A stretch of 64,000 bases of DNA, from NCBI RefSeq assembly GCF_009914755.1, contig NC_060936.1; one strand, written 5' to 3'. Source of the stretch: the human T2T-CHM13v2.0 reference genome, Homo sapiens. The position numbers and the translations under genes were made by a program. The notes below the pieces were generated by a model that was not told where the DNA came from, searched no databases, and was given only the letters and a program-made list of their open reading frames with translations. This document shows positions 1 through 11,582 of this stretch, piece after piece; position 1 is the stretch's first letter, and each line of letters begins with the position of its first letter.

Positions 1-189
1 AGGCCATGAGTGGGATAGATACCACTGCTGCTTTAAAAAATGGGAGACCATAGACCCTCAGGAGAGAAGAATCCCTTCTACCCTGGACTCGCTCTCTTCT
101 CTGGAACTAACTTCTCCCCCATACCCTGATTGTCTTTGGAGAAAATGTTCTGGATTCTAGAATCTAAGGCAGAGCCTTTTAAGCCATAC

Positions 190-315
190 TGTACACATAA
201 ATCACCTGGAACCTTGTTAAAATGCAGATCCTGACTCAGGAGGTCTGAGTTAGAGCCCAGGATTTCATATTTCTAGCCAGCTCCATGATGAGCTGCTGGT
301 CCGCAGATCACGCTT
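190..315. mobile_element. MER5A-like hAT DNA transposon fragment
   Basis: aatcacctgg...cttgttaaaatgcagat...ggtctg hallmark. Confidence 0.6.
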
Positions 316-849
316 GCAGGTTTTGACCAGAGTCAGTGTTGGTTAGAGTAAGAGGATGAGGCAGACATCTGGGAAAAGTCCAGCTGGGGCAAGCATTTGA
401 AGTCTGCCTTCCTACCAGGTCAAAATCAAGGCAACGACCTTCCATAGATAACTATCAAAGCTTGAGGGGGTGCCTTGAACCCAACTCCTAAATCCCCAAG
501 ACCTGCCCACCTCTTGTGTCTCCTGTCTCAGCAAACATTCCCACACTCTTGCATATTGTTAAAGTAACCTCTGCTTACCAGGCTTCTGGTTTAATAAAAG
601 ATGGCTAGAGTGACTCCATCTTAAAGCAAGTAGCTAGGCACTCAAAAGGAACCTACAGGCTTAATACTTGGGTCTGAAAATAGCCACAGTCTAAGCTGAC
701 CACCAATTATAATTGCAGAATATTTAAGGCCATACAAAACATCTCCCACTAAGCCTACAAAATGTCCAGGTGTCCTAAAAGTTCAGCCCACTTAAAGGCA
801 GCATTAATGAGCAGGTTTAGGTTGAAGGATTAATGGTCATCAATACCAC

Positions 850-1249
850 TGTTAAGAAGAAAATTCTTGGCCAAATTGAATTTAATGGAGTTTAACTGAG
901 CAGACAATTCACAAATCTAGAAGCCTCCTGAGCCAGAGTAGGTTCAGAGAGTCTTGAACACAGCCACGTGGTGGAAGAAGATTTATGGACAGGAAAAAGA
1001 AAATGATGTACTGAAAATGAAAGTGAGGTACAGAAACAGCCAGACTGGTTATAGCTCAGCATTGGCCTTATTTGAACGAGATTTGAACAGTTGGCCACCT
1101 TTGATTGGCCGAAACTCAGTGATTGGCACAAGAGTAGGTTGCAGTCTGTTTACACATCCTTTTAGGTTATAGTTCACCATGTACAGAGAAATTTTAGGCC
1201 AAACTTAAAATATGTAAGGAGGCAGCTTTAGGCTAAACTTGATTTAACA
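850..1249 (-). mobile_element. MER57-family solo LTR
   Basis: Reverse complement begins tgttaaatcaagtttagcctaaagctgcctccttacatattttaag. Confidence 0.7.
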
Positions 1250-1404
1250 GCACCAATACCCCCTACCTTTAGTGAGCACATCTGCACATTCCAATTTTAA
1301 TGACAGCTCCTTAGAATTTCTTATCAACGAAGACACTAACAAAGAATGGCGCATTCCTCCTTCTCCTTTCTGAGGATGCCCTACCCTGTAACAAAGTCGT
1401 TTCT

Positions 1405-1410
1405 AATAAA
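1405..1410 (+). terminator. Intronic polyA signal (AATAAA) inside an LTR; probable end of the short exon-2-extended OAS2 isoform
   Basis: AATAAA at the native LTR R-region position, about 1.4 kb into intron 2; consistent with a recalled short OAS2 transcript variant. Confidence 0.65.
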
Positions 1411-1522
1411 TTTGCTTCTTTCACCATACTCTGTACCTGCCTTGAATTCTTTCCTGCATGAGATCCAAGAACCCTCTCTTGGGATCTGAATCAGGACCCT
1501 CTTTTCCAGCAACGCTATCACC

Positions 1523-2470
1523 TGTAAACCAAAAGTATCTGAGACAGGTCTCAATCTATTTAGAAAGTATATTTGCCAAGGTGAAGGATGTACCCATGAC
1601 ACAGCCTCAGGAAGTTCTGATGACATGTACCCAAAGTGCTCAGGGTACAGCTTGGTTGTATACGTGGTATGGTTTGGCTGTGTCCCCACCAAATCTCATC
1701 TTGAATTGTAGCTCCCACAATTTCCACATGTCATGGGAGGGACCCAGTGGGAGGTAATTGAATCATGGAGGCAGGTATTTCCCATGCTGTTCTCATGATA
1801 ATGAATAAATCTCACGAGATCTGATGGTGTCATAAAGGGGAGTTCCCCTGCACAAGCTCTCTCTGGCCTCCCACCATGTAACATGTCCCTTGCTCTTCCA
1901 CCATGATTGTGAGGCCTCCCCAACCATGTGGAACTGTGAGTCAATCAAACCTCTTTCCTTTATAAACTACTCAGTCTCAGGTATGTCTTTATTAACAGCA
2001 TGAGAACAGACTAATACAATACATTTTAGGGAGACATGAGACATCAATCAATGCAGGTAAGATGTACATTGGTTTGGTTTGGAAAGGCAGGACAACTCAA
2101 AGTGGGGGCTTCCAGGTCATTGGTAGATTTAAAGATTTTCTGATTGGCAATTGATGGAAAGAGTTATCATCAATAGAAGGGAATGTCTGGGTTATGATGA
2201 TAAAGGGTTGTGGAGACCAAAGTTTTATCATGCAGCTGAAAACTCCAGGTAGCAGACTTCAGAGAGAATAGATTGTAAATGTTTCTTATCAGACAAGAGC
2301 CTGTTCTATCACTAATTCCAAAAGAGAGGGAGGTATCATGAGGCATGTCCAGCTCCTCCTTCCCATCATGGCCTGAACTGGTTTTTCAGGTCAACTTTGG
2401 AATGCCTTTGCTGAGAGGAGAGGTCCATTCAGATGACTGGGGGTGCTTAGAATTTTGTTTTTGGTTTATA
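1523..2470 (-). mobile_element. MER4-family (MER4B-like) solo LTR interrupted by THE1
   Basis: gtatctgagacaggtctcaat...ttagaattttgtttttggttta termini. Confidence 0.7.
1665..2018 (+). mobile_element. THE1 (MaLR) solo LTR
   Basis: tggtatggtttggctgtgtcccc...gaacagactaataca. Confidence 0.85.
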
Positions 2471-2751
2471 TACCTAAGCCAGGATTGTATCTCCAGCTCC
2501 CCCACCTCCTCACTCACAGCCCATCACTAAGTCCTGCCAGTTCTGCCTAACTTGCTCCTAAATCTGCATCATTTCTCTCCCTTCCCACTGCTACTTCCCT
2601 AGTCAACGTCACCACCAGGGATGGGGCAATGGCTTCCTAATTGTCTCCCTGCCTCCTGTCTCACTCCACCCTGCAGCTGGTGCTCTCTTTCCATGCACAA
2701 ATATTGTGTCACACACTCTGCCTCTAATGGCTTTTCACTGCATTTAGGAAG

Positions 2752-3608
2752 TTGACCAAAAAGGCCAAACTCTGTAAAATATTTTAAGAGGTTTTTTCTG
2801 AGCCAAATATGAGGACCATGACCTGTGACACAATCTCAGTAGTTCCTGAGAACGTGTGCCCCAGGTGATTAGGTTACAGCTTGATTTGTATACATTTTAG
2901 GGGGACAGAATTTACAGGCAGAAACGTAAATCAGTACACATAAGATGTGCATTGATTCAGCCTGGAAAGGCAAAATGTCTCAAAGCAGGGTCTTCCAGGT
3001 CATAGATGGTTATAAAGATTTCCTGATTAGCAGTTAGTTGAAGGAGTTCAGCTTAAGAAAAGGGGAGTTGTGGAAGACAAGGTTCTTATTATGTAGATGA
3101 AGCCTCCAGGTAGCAGGCTTCAAGGAGAATAGGTGGTAAATGTCCCTTATCAGACCTTAAAGATGTCAGACGATTAGTTAAAATCTCTCCTGAATCAGGA
3201 AAAGATCTGGAAGGGGAAGGGGATTCTCCACAGAATGTGAATTTTTCCACAGGACACAGCTTTGCAGGGCCATTCCAATATATGTCAAAGAAATATATTT
3301 TGGGGTAAAATACTTTTGATTTCCTTTAGGGCCTGTTATCTGTCAGGTGATGCCAGAGTTAGGCTGGAATTTGGTGTCATACTGCTACAAAGAGTCTGTT
3401 CTGTCAGTCTTGGGGTCTCTATTTTAATGTTAGTGTTTGTCGATTGTGCCTGAATTCCAAAGGGAGGAGGGTATAATGAGGTGTCTGAGCTCCCCCTTCC
3501 CATCATGACCTGAGCTAGTTTTTCAGGTTTCTTTGGGGGTTCCCCTTGGCCAAGAGAGGGGTTCATTCAGTAGGTTGGGAAGGCTTAGAATTTTATTTTT
3601 GGTTTACA
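2752..3608 (-). mobile_element. MER4D/E-like solo LTR
   Basis: Ends ttagaattttatttttggtttaca. Confidence 0.65.
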
Positions 3609-3944
3609 AGGATAAGGATCAAACTCCTCAGCAGGACAGGACTTTGATGATCTGGCAGCCCCTACTTACTTACCTCTCCAGCTGTACCACTCACCACCAA
3701 CTAACTCTCTATGCTTCAGCCACTCTGGCCTTCCCTGAGCTCCTCAAACCCACATGATGCTAGCTCAACTTGAGACTTTGGCCTATACTGTTCCTTTGCC
3801 TGGAATATACTTCCCCCAGCCTTTTATTTTTGGATAACTCCAACTCATCCTTTAAGTCCTCTGGCTCTCTATGTCTGGGTTAGATCCACTTTCCACATGC
3901 TCCAGTAGCAATTTGTGCTGTCTGAATCATGGGATTTATCACTT

Positions 3945-4412
3945 TGCAAACCCCAACTATCTGAGACAGGTCTCAGTTAGTTTAGAAAGTTTATTTTGCC
4001 AAGGTTGAGGATGCGCACCCGTAACACAGCCTCAGGAAGTCCTGATGACATGTGCCCAAGGCGCTCAGAGCACAGTTTGCTTTTGTACGTTTTAGGGAGA
4101 CCTGAGACATCAATCAACATATGTAAGGTGAACAATGGTTCACTCCGGAAAGGCGGGACAACTCGAAGCAAAGTGGGACAATTCAAAGTGGGGAGAGGGC
4201 TTCCAGATCATAGGTAGATAAGAGACCAATGGTTGCATTCCTCTGAGTTTCTGATTAACCTCTTCCAAAGGAGGCAATCAAATACACATTTATCTCAGCA
4301 GAGGGATGACTTTGAATAGAATGGGAGGCAGGTTTGTCCTGAGAAGTTCCCAGCTTGACTTTTCCCTTTAACCGAGTGATTTTGGGGCCCCAAGATTTAT
4401 TTTCCTTTCACA
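3945..4412 (-). mobile_element. MER4A1-like solo LTR
   Basis: Reverse complement starts tgtgaaaggaaaataaatcttggggccccaaaatcact. Confidence 0.75.
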
Positions 4413-4539
4413 ACTTATATGGAAATAATGTATTTAGCTTTCTCCTCTCCTAGACTATAAGCTCCATGAGGACAGGTATCATGAGTATCTTGTTCTTCTA
4501 TGGTCTCTAGTACAATGTTCATTATTAATAATAGTTGTT

Positions 4540-4677
4540 GGTTGGATGGATGGATGGAGCATGATGGATAAATGGATGGAAGGTAAATGGATGGAAAAAT
4601 GAATGTAGATGGATGGATGGATAGATAGATATTAAATATATGTATATATTTATGGATGAGGTAGATAGATGGATAGT
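4540..4677. repeat. Degenerate (GGAT/AGAT)n low-complexity repeat
   Basis: ggatggatggat, atagatagat runs. Confidence 0.8.
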
Positions 4678-4735
4678 CTCAAGCACAAAGTCTCAAGTAC
4701 AGGTGCACATATAATCACAAACTTAAATAATTCCA

Positions 4736-5080
4736 GGCTGGGCACAGTGGTTCTTGCCTATAATCCCAGCGCTTTGGGAGGCTGAGGCAAGAGGATTACT
4801 TGAGGCCAGGAGTTTAAGACCAGCCTGGGCAACATAGTGAAACCCCATCTCTACAAAAGAATTAAAAATTAGATGTGGTGGCATGCAGCTGTATTCCTAA
4901 CTACTGGGGAGACTGAGGCAGGAGGATCACTTGAGCACAGGAGTTCAAGGTTGCAGTGAGCTATTATTACACCACTATACTCCAGCCTGGACAACGGAGC
5001 AAGATCTTGTCAAAAGAAAAAAAAAAAAGAAAGAAAGAAAAGAAAAGGGGAGGGGAGGGGAAGAGAGGGGAGGGGAAGGG
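4736..5080 (+). mobile_element. AluJ-like with A/GGGA-rich tail
   Basis: Dimeric Alu consensus. Confidence 0.9.
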
Positions 5081-5550
5081 AAAATTCCCAAGCTGAAACT
5101 TAAGCCATCATTAAACAAATGGGGAAACAGAAAAGCCCAGGTCTTCTAAGCCCATGGCCAGAGTACCTTCCATCACCTATAGTTTTAAGGAATTTCTGGG
5201 TTACCAGGAACCATGAAGAACAATTAGCCCAGGCATCACTGATAAGGAGGAGACATACAGACATCCTGATAACTCACATTCACAGAAAGGTGGCCTGGCT
5301 TGGGGAAACATGTACCAGTTTGGGAGGTTGGCAGTTCTGAGTTCTTATCCTGGTCCTACTACTCACTTATGCCTGCCAGCTGTACAGTCAGACTAGAAAC
5401 TAGATTCCAGGGCCATTAGGATGCTCAGGGTTGGGGGTGGGGGCCTGCTTCAAACAAGGGCTGGAGTCAAGGAGGGAGACAGGTGCATCATAATTCTCAT
5501 AGGAAAGTCCTCTCTTCCTGTTCCAAGTGCCATGCTGGGAGACCTGGCCA

Positions 5551-5566
5551 GAGCGCCCTCTACTGG
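5551..5566 (-). promoter_or_regulatory. CTCF motif
   Basis: Reverse complement CCAGTAGAGGGCGCTC fits the CTCF core CCASYAGRKGGCRS. Confidence 0.6.
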
Positions 5567-5639
5567 GTTCACCCCATCATGCAAGGATGGTGTGAGAATG
5601 AGAAATAAACTCTTCCCCACATGTGCTACCCAGAAGCTG

Positions 5640-5653
5640 CCACTAGATGGTGG
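5640..5653 (+). promoter_or_regulatory. CTCF motif
   Basis: CCACTAGATGGTGG. Confidence 0.5.
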
Positions 5654-6220
5654 TAAAGCTGCACATTCCAAATTATTATAAGCTCCTTTTTCTGCAAGGA
5701 AACACAGGGTCACTTTCTGAGAAAAGCAACCTACAGGGGAATTGGTAACTTGCTTTTCGTTTTGTTTTGTTTTTTAAACTAAATATTAGCCTAACTAATC
5801 TGGCCTATTTTTACACCAGGTCCAGGCTGGCTGTCTCCAATTCTGCATCTCTTTCCACCACTGTGTGCCACTACAACTCTCCCCCTAGGGCCTTTGACCC
5901 AAAGCAAGAAGTACCTATTTACTTGACTGGCTGGTATTTCCATTATCCTCATCTGTAAATTAGTAATTGCAATTGCACTTGCCAGCTAAGAGTTTTGTGA
6001 GGCTTGTATGTTTCACTGTACATAAAAGGCTTAGAGTAAACACACCATAAACGTTAGCTATTTATTATCATTATGGGGGAAGATAGAATGCTCTTTCCGT
6101 CAACCTCCCTGCATGCCAAGTGCCCAGAACCATGCCTAGGGAGTCAGTAAATATCCACTGGGGTGTATGAAAGGAACAAGCTAGCTGCTTTCTCCTGGTT
6201 TCTTATCTAAATGTGTTTAT

Positions 6221-6500
6221 GGGCCAGGGAGCTGGCTCACGTCTGTAATTCCAACACTTTGGAAGGCCAAGGTGGGAGGATCACTTGAGGCCAGGAGTTC
6301 AAGACCAGCCTGGGCAACAGGCTTTTTTTTTTCTCCAAAAAAAAAGCCAAACATGGTGGCACACGCCTGTGGTCCCAGGTACTCAGAAGGCTGAGGCAGG
6401 AGGATCACTTGAGCCTTGAAATATATTTGAGGGTACAGTGAGCTATGATTGTGCCATTGCAGTCCAGCCTGAGCGACAGAGAAGACTCTGTCTCTAAAAG
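6221..6500 (+). mobile_element. Alu (J-like, rearranged linker)
   Basis: Alu consensus. Confidence 0.85.
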
Positions 6501-6509
6501 TAAGAATAA

Positions 6510-7017
6510 TGATGAAACAAACTCAGTAGTCCTATAGACCATTTTTTGTTTGTTTTTGTTTCTATTTGTTTGGTTGTTTTTTTGTGGGGGGGGGAGGGTT
6601 GTTTTGTTTTTTAATGAACATAGAAATTGACCCTTCTGATCTTAAAGCTTGAAACTTACATTTGTTTTATCTAAGTTCCTTCCTCAGAAAAGGAACCTCA
6701 GACCTCTCAAAAAGTATCAAAGAACTGAAACTCACCAGTCACTGCATCCAGACAATGGGATGTCAAATCCCTTATTCCTCATGATTACCTCCTTACCCCT
6801 CCCTAATTCCCGTTTTCCCACACATAGTTACATTTCTTCCCTGCTATATAGAACCCTAACTTTAGTCTGTCAGGGAGAAGGATTTGAGACTGATCTCCCA
6901 TCTCCTCAGCTGCAGCACCTGATTAAAGCCTTCTTCTTGGCAACACTTGTTTCCGCCATTGGCTTTCTATGTGGTGAGCAGCAGGACCTAGACTGAACCC
7001 CTGGTGTTTCAGTAACA
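6510..7017 (+). mobile_element. LOR1-like ERV1 solo LTR
   Basis: catagaaattgacccttctg...aagcttgaaacttaca...gattaaagcc...ggtgtttcagtaaca. Confidence 0.6.
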
Positions 7018-7032
7018 GTAATCAATCAATAA

Positions 7033-7343
<311 letters not shown>

Positions 7344-7918
7344 TAAATAAATGTGTTTATAAACAGTGGAACTCAGCTAGCAAGAATGGAAACCCATTGA
7401 TTAAACCAGCCCCTGTCCCCAGACCTCCAGGGCCCTGCTGCCACCTTGCCTGCCTCCTCAAAGTCCCTGTACCCTGACATTCTGAAGTAAAATATTCACA
7501 GGATGGACTCAATGACAGAATATATTGCATGTAAAATATAAACTTTCCTTTCTTCCAGATGTATGCTAACTATGCCAACACAAACAATTTTTTAAAGAAC
7601 CCACTTGCTCCCTACTAATTTGGATAATTCCCTTTCTCGTTTATAATTCCATCTCTTGTCCCTCCATTAGGTTCTGCTGATCTTGTCTTGGGTTAACACC
7701 ATACTGTTTTCATTACAGTCAGTTTAGACTACACTTTATTATCTAATGGGCCAAGTCACCCTTCCCTACTATGTTTTATGTAAAGGTACCTGTCCTCTGA
7801 CCGATTAAGCAAGAGTCGTGTGCTATCAAACTATAACTGACCTTCATTGTAGAGCAACCCTGGCTCTCTAAAACCAGGTTACATAAATAACAACGTTCCA
7901 ATTTCTGTTTCACATCAG

Positions 7919-8097
7919 GCTTAAATGATAATCCCAGCCCCTGGATCTATCGAGAGCTCAAAAGATCCTTGGATAAGACAAATGCCAGTCCTGGTGAGTT
8001 TGCAGTCTGCTTCACTGAACTCCAGCAGAAGTTTTTTGACAACCGTCCTGGAAAACTAAAGGATTTGATCCTCTTGATAAAGCACTGGCATCAACAG
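7919..8097 (+). CDS. OAS2: OAS2 exon 3 (domain I): (S)LNDNPSPWIYRELKRSLDKTNASPGEFAVCFTELQQKFFDNRPGKLKDLILLIKHWHQQ
   Basis: cacatcAG acceptor at 7917-7918, GTaatt donor at 8098; OAS motif FTELQ...KLKDLILLIKHW; 179 nt. Confidence 0.97.
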
Positions 8098-8448
8098 GTA
8101 ATTTTCCAACTGTCTATATATGGTTATCATTCATTTCCTTTTTATCGAGATAATTGACATCCAGTAAAGTGCAACAATCTTAGGTATACAGCTCAACGCA
8201 TTTTTTACAATCTTACCAGCAACACCCAAATCAACATAGGGAACGTTTCGTGTACCCCAGAAGGTGCCTCAAGCCCATTGTCCCCCTAGTAATCCTCCCA
8301 AACAAACCCCTATTCTAACATCTATTACCACCGCAGATTAGTTTTGCTTGATTTTAAACAAACAATGTAAGTGGGATTATATGGTACATACTTCATGTCT
8401 GCCTTCTTTGGCTCAACGGGATGTCTGAGAGACTCATTCATATGGTTG

Positions 8449-8724
8449 CAGGGTCTTGCTCTGCTGCCCAGGCTGGAGTGCAGTGGTGGGATCTTGGCTC
8501 ACTGCAACCTGTCTCCTGGGCTCAAGCAATCCTCCCATCTCAGCCTCCCAAGTAGCTGGAACTACAGGAGTGTGCCACCATACCTGGCTAATTTTTGTAT
8601 TTTTTGTAGAGATGAGGTTTCACCATGTTGCCCAGGCTGGTCTTGAACTCCTGGGCTCAAGCTATGTGCCCACCTCAGCCTCCCAAAGTGTTGGGATTAC
8701 AGACATGAGCCATGGCACCCAGCC
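8449..8724 (-). mobile_element. Alu inside an old antisense L1 fragment
   Basis: Antisense Alu consensus. Confidence 0.85.
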
Positions 8725-9109
8725 ATAGTAGCACTTTTTTTCATTGTTTTCCCATATTCAATTGTATTAATGTAACACACATTTATCCATTCTGCTGCTT
8801 TGGGTCATTTTCAAATTGGGGCAATTTTCAAATAGATGATTGGGTCATTTTCAAATTGGGGCAATTATGAATTAGGTTACTATGGGTATTTCCCTACATG
8901 TCTTTTTGTGAATGTAAGCATTCATTTCTCTTGGATAAATATGTAGCAGTAGAATTGCTGGGCTATCCAGTGCACATATATGAATGTTGTGTACATATAT
9001 GCGTGTAAATATATAAAATATATATGTAGTTTGTTTTTTTGTTTAACCATAGCAAATCTTGCCGAATCATTTCCAAAATCTTACCAAATTATACTCCCAT
9101 CAGCAAGAT

Positions 9110-9970
9110 GTGAGTTTCAGGCATATTCTCAAACCCAACTGGGGATCTGCCCACCCAGCGCAGCAAAGCCAAACAGACTTTGGGATTGCAGTGAGAGAGT
9201 GAAGCATTTATTGCAGGGAGCCAAGCAGGGAGAATTGGGCAGCTCATGTTTAAGAGCCGAACTCCCCGATGGCTTACAGGTAAGGGTTTTAAAGGTGAGG
9301 GGACAGAGGTTACAGGCAAAGCCATAAATCAACACATGGAGGCTGTACATTGGTTTGACCTAAAAAGGTGGGACGTCTCCAAGCAGGAGGGAGGAGGAGG
9401 ATGGGTGGCGCTGGTCACAGGATTCAAAGACTTTCCAATTTGTGATGGGTGAAATGGGCGAAGCTTTATCTAAAAATTTCAGATCAGCAGAAGGGAACGT
9501 TAGCTCTGGCTCGTAGGTGTGACCTCCTCCAAAACCCTCAGGAAGAAATTTAGAACAAAGAACGAGGTCAGGGTTCAATCCTCAGTTTCCCCTCATCTGA
9601 GGTCTACCTGCCAGTGGATTTGCTTGGTGGGGGCCTGAGTTTCTGAAAATCAACTCAGGGACATATGCTAAGATGTTATCTTTAGTTTCTATAGGGAACA
9701 AAACATCTTTTGACTCTAACTTCCTTGGCTACTGTTTTAAGTGACTATTACCTTCTTTTTTGTTGTTTTTGTTTTATTGGGTTTTTTTTCACTGCTCCTG
9801 TAGACCCTGAACTACTGTATTTTTGCTTATCGAGTTGCTCATTGACTTTTCAAGGCTAGTAAGGTGCCTGGAATTTCCCTCGAAAGAACTCCAGATTTTC
9901 CTTTATTTTCATGCTTGTGGGATGGGAGCAGTGGGTGGCCTGCAGACACCTAAGAGAGGTCCCTGCTCCA
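9110..9970 (-). mobile_element. MER39-like ERV1 LTR
   Basis: gggattgcagtgagagagtgaagcatttattgcagggagccaagcagggagaattgggcagctc. Confidence 0.55.
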
Positions 9971-10142
9971 TCCCAGTTGTTCCACATCTTTGTCAAGACT
10001 TGGTATTGTCAGTCCACTGAACTGTAGGCATTCTAGCAAAGGACAATGACTTCCTGTAGACCTCTGGTTTCTTGATTTCAGATCCCTGACATGGTAAGAA
10101 CTAGATCCCCCAATGAGCTGCTACCCTTTCCTTATCCCACAG

Positions 10143-10378
10143 TGCCAGAAAAAAATCAAGGATTTACCCTCGCTGTCTCCGTATGCCCTGGAGCTGCTTA
10201 CGGTGTATGCCTGGGAACAGGGGTGCAGAAAAGACAACTTTGACATTGCTGAAGGCGTCAGAACCGTACTGGAGCTGATCAAATGCCAGGAGAAGCTGTG
10301 TATCTATTGGATGGTCAACTACAACTTTGAAGATGAGACCATCAGGAACATCCTGCTGCACCAGCTCCAATCAGCGAG
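10143..10378 (+). CDS. OAS2: OAS2 exon 4 (domain I): CQKKIKDLPSLSPYALELLTVYAWEQG...LHQLQSA(R)
   Basis: cccacAG acceptor, GTgcca donor at 10379; OAS signature YALELLTVYAWEQG; 236 nt, frame continuous with exon 3. Confidence 0.97.
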
Positions 10379-10888
10379 GTGCCAAGCTTCTCACACCCTA
10401 TCCCTGTACCTCATCATCCGCATGCCAGGCATACCTCTTTGGAATGAGATCTCAGCCTTGCCCTATCAAGCCAGTGCTGGACCAGAAGAATGGCAGCCAC
10501 CATGGGTGGGGAGGCAGATGGGTCTGTCTGAAAGAGGGGAGGTCCAGCCAGTGCTTTTCACATTCCAAACCATAGTCACATTTTGTCCCCTAAACAAACA
10601 CTGGAGAGACACTTCCCCTTATAGAAGGAAGGAGCTAAGAGAGAAAGGGGATGGGGGGCAGGAAGAGGAGACCACTTTGTTATTTTATTAATAGAATGTC
10701 TCTGTAAAGCAGCAAACCCAGGGCCAGAGGGGCTTGATGTCGTAGACAAAATCCCTCAGCAGCTTGGAGGAGCTGCAGGAATCCAAATTCAAGTTGCCGG
10801 ATTCCCACTCCAGGCCTCTTTCCCCAAAACAGATTTTGCCTCCCACAAGCAGCTCAACTGACTTTTTTTAATCTAATGGAATACACAG

Positions 10889-11033
10889 GCCAGTAATCTT
10901 GGATCCAGTTGACCCAACCAATAATGTGAGTGGAGATAAAATATGCTGGCAATGGCTGAAAAAAGAAGCTCAAACCTGGTTGACTTCTCCCAACCTGGAT
11001 AATGAGTTACCTGCACCATCTTGGAATGTTCTG
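10889..11033 (+). CDS. OAS2: OAS2 exon 5 (end of domain I): (R)PVILDPVDPTNNVSGDKICWQWLKKEAQTWLTSPNLDNELPAPSWNVL
   Basis: acacAG acceptor, GTaaga donor; RPVILDP.DPT OAS motif; 145 nt. Confidence 0.97.
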
Positions 11034-11119
11034 GTAAGAGGGTTTTCCAAATACAGGGTGTTTCATGCTGCAGGAAGGTCTTCCTGACACCCAGGCTAGG
11101 TCTTATCTGAGAGTACTCT

Positions 11120-11582
11120 ATATTCGTTTCCTGTATTGCTGTTACAAAGTTCCACAACACAGATGGCTTAAAGCCACAGAAATTTATTCTCTTACCATTC
11201 TGGCTATTACAAGTTCAAAATCAGGGTGTTGGCAGAGCCAAGCTCTCTGCAGGCCCTAGGGAAGAATTATTCCAGGCTTCCTGCAGCTTCTGGTGGTTGC
11301 CAGCAGTCCTTGGCTTGTGGCTGCATCACTCCAGCCTCTGTCCCTGAGGTCACATGCCCTTCTCCCTACATGTCTTCACATCACCTTCCCTCTGTGCATG
11401 TCTGTCTTATCATCTCCTCTTCTTCTAAGAACAACAGTCATACTGAATTAGGGCCCAACATAATGACCTAATCTTCACTAGATCCCATTTGAAAAGACAC
11501 TATTTCCAAGTAACACACATTCATCGATACTGTAGGTTGGAACCCCAGCATCTTTTAGGGAGACACAGTTCAACCCATCACA
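11120..11582 (-). mobile_element. MLT1 (MaLR) LTR
   Basis: ttgctgttacaaa...ggcttaaa...aatttattctc...cacagttcaacccatcaca. Confidence 0.75.

Larger units (their letters stand above)
557..1513 (+). mobile_element. ERV1 solo LTR with MER41-like ends, split by a MER57 insertion
   Basis: gactccatctt near the 5' end; aataaa...gaattctttcctgcatgagatccaagaaccctctcttggg 3' end. Confidence 0.55.

Noticed and set aside
1523-4412. Same-strand MER4 LTRs as ends of a provirus
   Set aside because: Different subfamilies and no internal gag/pol/env sequence between them
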